Assembly: GCF_006345805.1 (NCBI RefSeq)
Contig: NC_042998.1
Location: 174,530,001 to 174,594,000 of the forward strand
Source of the DNA: Octopus sinensis
Taxonomy: Eukaryota
Direction: 5' to 3'
DNA: 64,000 bases
Below the pieces are notes generated by a model. It worked only from the letters and a program-made list of their open reading frames with translations. It was not told where the DNA came from and searched no databases. A program made the translations under genes and the position numbers. This document shows, piece after piece, positions 61,381 to 64,000 of this stretch. Each line of letters begins with the position of its first letter. Positions within the stretch are counted from its first letter, which is position 1.

Positions 61381-61556
61381 ATACAAGACTCTCTAGAATC
61401 TTCTATTTGTCCAATCCATTGTATTGGAAGTATGACTGAAATAGTGGAAACGCTTTCAAGTAACTTTCTCCCAAATGTGAAAATCAGACGCTCTGATCTG
61501 GCATCCCAGCTGAAAATTCTATTAGAGAAACATAGAGGCAGCATCCCATTAATGAG
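61381..61556 (+). CDS. MARF1: MARF1-like exon: linker and start of next LOTUS domain; gene continues beyond the window
   Basis: CCAG| phase 0; ...CPIHC...LPNVKIRRSDLASQLKILLEKHRGSIPLM; AG|GTATGT. Compare vertebrate [20 protein letters not shown]. Confidence 0.92.
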
Positions 61557-61789
61557 GTATGTTTTTGTTTTGTCTTGAATTTTTTTTTTTGGGGGGGGGG
61601 AGGGTTGTTTTCCAACCTTTCAGTATCAAAATAAACTTTTGTCAATCTTGTTAACCACCAACATAAATGAACATGTTAACTGTTGTGGCATGTTACAATG
61701 TATTAATTTTCATCCTAGTTTCAAGAATTAAAAACAGAAGCTTCAATATCATTGCATTGATAAGAACTTCCACTTTGAACATTTATCTG

Positions 61790-63010
61790 CAGGTGGAAGC
61801 GTTATCAAATGGTTAGAAGAATATACTTGGTTAAGCATGAGGCAGAAAGGAAGGGACTTGCCCATGATTGCAACCTGAAGTTCAGAATCATGAAATGTTT
61901 AGAATTACAAGACTGTTAGTGAGAAGGAAGATATCGTGGGTGAAAAGTGTTTATAGAATGATAAATGCATAAGCGCCATTGATATGGAAGACAAAGTGGT
62001 ATGAAAGTGCATTTATGGGAGATTGCTGAATGTGGAGAATTCCTTGGAAAAAGAGGGGCTTCCTCATGCTGATCCTACTCGGGTACCAGCAATTCAAGCT
62101 GACAGCAGCATGTTAGATAAAGCTATTAAGGACCTGAAGAGAAAGTTAAGAGTAAACCACTATCTCTAGCATTTGTTGACTTGGAGAGGGTATTTGAAAG
62201 GATACTACATTCAGTATTTGGTGGTCATTGAGGAATCTGTAACCAAATGGCTTGTGAGGGCTGTACAAGCTATGTACAATGATGCAATGAACAGTCGACA
62301 AAGATTACAGTGACAAATTTAGCATGAAGGTAGGACTCCATCAAAGGTAAGCACTCTCTTTTTCATCATATTCCTGCAGCTTTCAGATTGGCTGTCTATG
62401 GGAACCCCTGTATACTGATAGTCTAGTTCTCATAGCTAAATTTAGAGTAAAATTAGAGGAAATTTCAATCATGGAATCTAAACCAAGAATTAAGATGTCT
62501 TGTGATAAACTTAGCATAGCCTATGGTATTAGTAAGTAGGAAAGAAGACAGGACTCTGATATCATCAGGGTTCTGCTCAATATGCTTAAAAGGAGTAGGT
62601 ATAAACTACATATGTTGTACCCATTGTAAGATTTAGCACAGGAGATATAGTAGAACCTCAGGCAAAATAACAAAGTTGCAGATGTGACAGATGCACTGAA
62701 GTAGTATGTGTTATGAGCATACCAGAAATATTCCCTTAAATGTCCAGATGGTTCACTAGAATTAGTGAATAGCTTTTTGTTACATGGGTGTAATTATCAA
62801 GGGAGATCGTGGTTCAGAAAGTATTGCAGCCTGAATAAGAACAAGTTGGGAAAAGTTGAGGGAGCTTCTACCACTGCTGGAAACAAGTCTTTTCCTTCAG
62901 AGTAGAAGTGTGACGTTTGTATTGGAACTGCAATGTTGCATGGTAATGAGTTTTGGAACTTAAATGCAGAGAACTTGAAGACTGGAAAGAAATGAAGCTA
63001 ACATTTACAG
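61790..63010 (+). mobile_element. Decayed RTE-clade LINE RT region (intronic)
   Basis: AFVDLER.F, WLVRAVQAMYNDA, YSDKFSMKVGLHQ and later SWEKLRELLPLL remnants. Confidence 0.7.
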
Positions 63011-63074
63011 CATGTACTGAGCATCTTTTCACCTGTTAAAGAAAGTATGGAGCACAAGTGTAATTTCAATAAAG

Positions 63075-63530
63075 AACAAAATAAGAATTTTTAACACTAA
63101 CGTAAAAGCGGTGTTATTGTATGGGGCTGAGACATGGCGAACAACAGTTAAGTCAAATAAGCAAATACAATCATTCATCAACAGATGCTAGCATAGTATA
63201 CTTAAAATTAGATGGCCCGAATACATAAGCAATATGGGGCTATGGCAAAGAACAAATCAAGTTTCGATTAGGGAGCAAATATTTAAGAAAAAGTGGAAGT
63301 GGATTGGTAGCACAATTAGAAAAGACACACCAAATGTAGCGAAAAGTGCTTTACAGTGGAAACTGGTTGGATATAGAAAGATAGGTAGGTCTAAGCACTC
63401 GTGGTGTAGATCAACACAAAAGGAACTAGAGAAAGGACATTCATGGCAGTGTAAGTACAGAAGTGAAAAATTATGTGACATGGAATTCAATTATGTGGCC
63501 TATACTCTGTTGGAGGGTTAAAGGCAGGAA
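63075..63530 (+). mobile_element. RTE-clade LINE 3' fragment (second family)
   Basis: FNTNVKAVLLYGAETW...ISNMGLWQRTNQ...KWKWIG...ALQW...RKIGRSKHSW. Confidence 0.85.
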
Positions 63531-64000
63531 AAGAAAAAAAAAATTGTAATAACTGGTCAAATTGAGTAAGGTTAACTTACAATTAAAACTGAATTTCTTA
63601 CTTTTGAAATATTATTAATTAACTTGGAAGTGGTAATCCATCATTTGCATAGATCAGAAGGAATTTCTCAAGACACAATTTTCTCACAGCCAGATGCTTG
63701 TCACCTTCACCAAAGTCCAAGCAAAGTAATATTTCCCTATAACCAGACATGTTTTCATGGAAGACTGGAAATGAATGACACCATTTGTATGATGGTGATA
63801 CTCATTTGCAACCATCTCAAACACAGAGGCCTCTTTCAGTTTCTTTGATTGGCCTGGGGCTATAGAAGACATAAAAGATATTTATTCAAAGCAACCACAG
63901 ACATGGATGTATAGCTCAGTACTATTCTCAACCACATGGTTTATGGTTCAGTTTTGCTGCATGACACCTTGCACAAATGTCTGCTACTATAGCCTGTACT

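Noticed and set aside
46208-64000. Apparent sense-strand bias of SINEs within MARF1 introns
   Set aside because: Older antisense copies exist (~48150, ~49720, ~63640), and the sample is too small.

Overview
AT-rich, repeat-dense animal genomic DNA; the SINE/MITE repertoire and long microsatellites look like octopus/cephalopod DNA (from recall, not a database search). I can support two host genes. (1) An intronless minus-strand ORF (31347-32309, 320 aa from the first ATG) encodes a divergent heat-shock-factor (HSF)-type DNA-binding domain. (2) A plus-strand spliced MARF1/limkain-b1-like gene has five phase-consistent exons (45127-61556) encoding an RRM and LOTUS/OST-HTH domains, and it runs off the right end. 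A candidate first coding exon with a GC donor lies at 44419-44521, and no NYN or RRM1 exons were found in the window. The rest is mostly mobile DNA: Penelope-like fragments with three minimal hammerhead-ribozyme-like motifs, Tx1/L1-like, CR1 and RTE LINE relics, a Ty3/gypsy fragment, a solo LTR nested in an RTE, a Tc1/mariner deletion derivative, Helitrons, a Merlin (IS1595-like) transposase relic with a matching GG-terminal, 8-bp-TSD MITE family (including a fold-back dimer), and several tRNA-derived SINE families. Most short ORFs in the supplied track are microsatellite or repeat artefacts. All family assignments come from motif recognition by eye.
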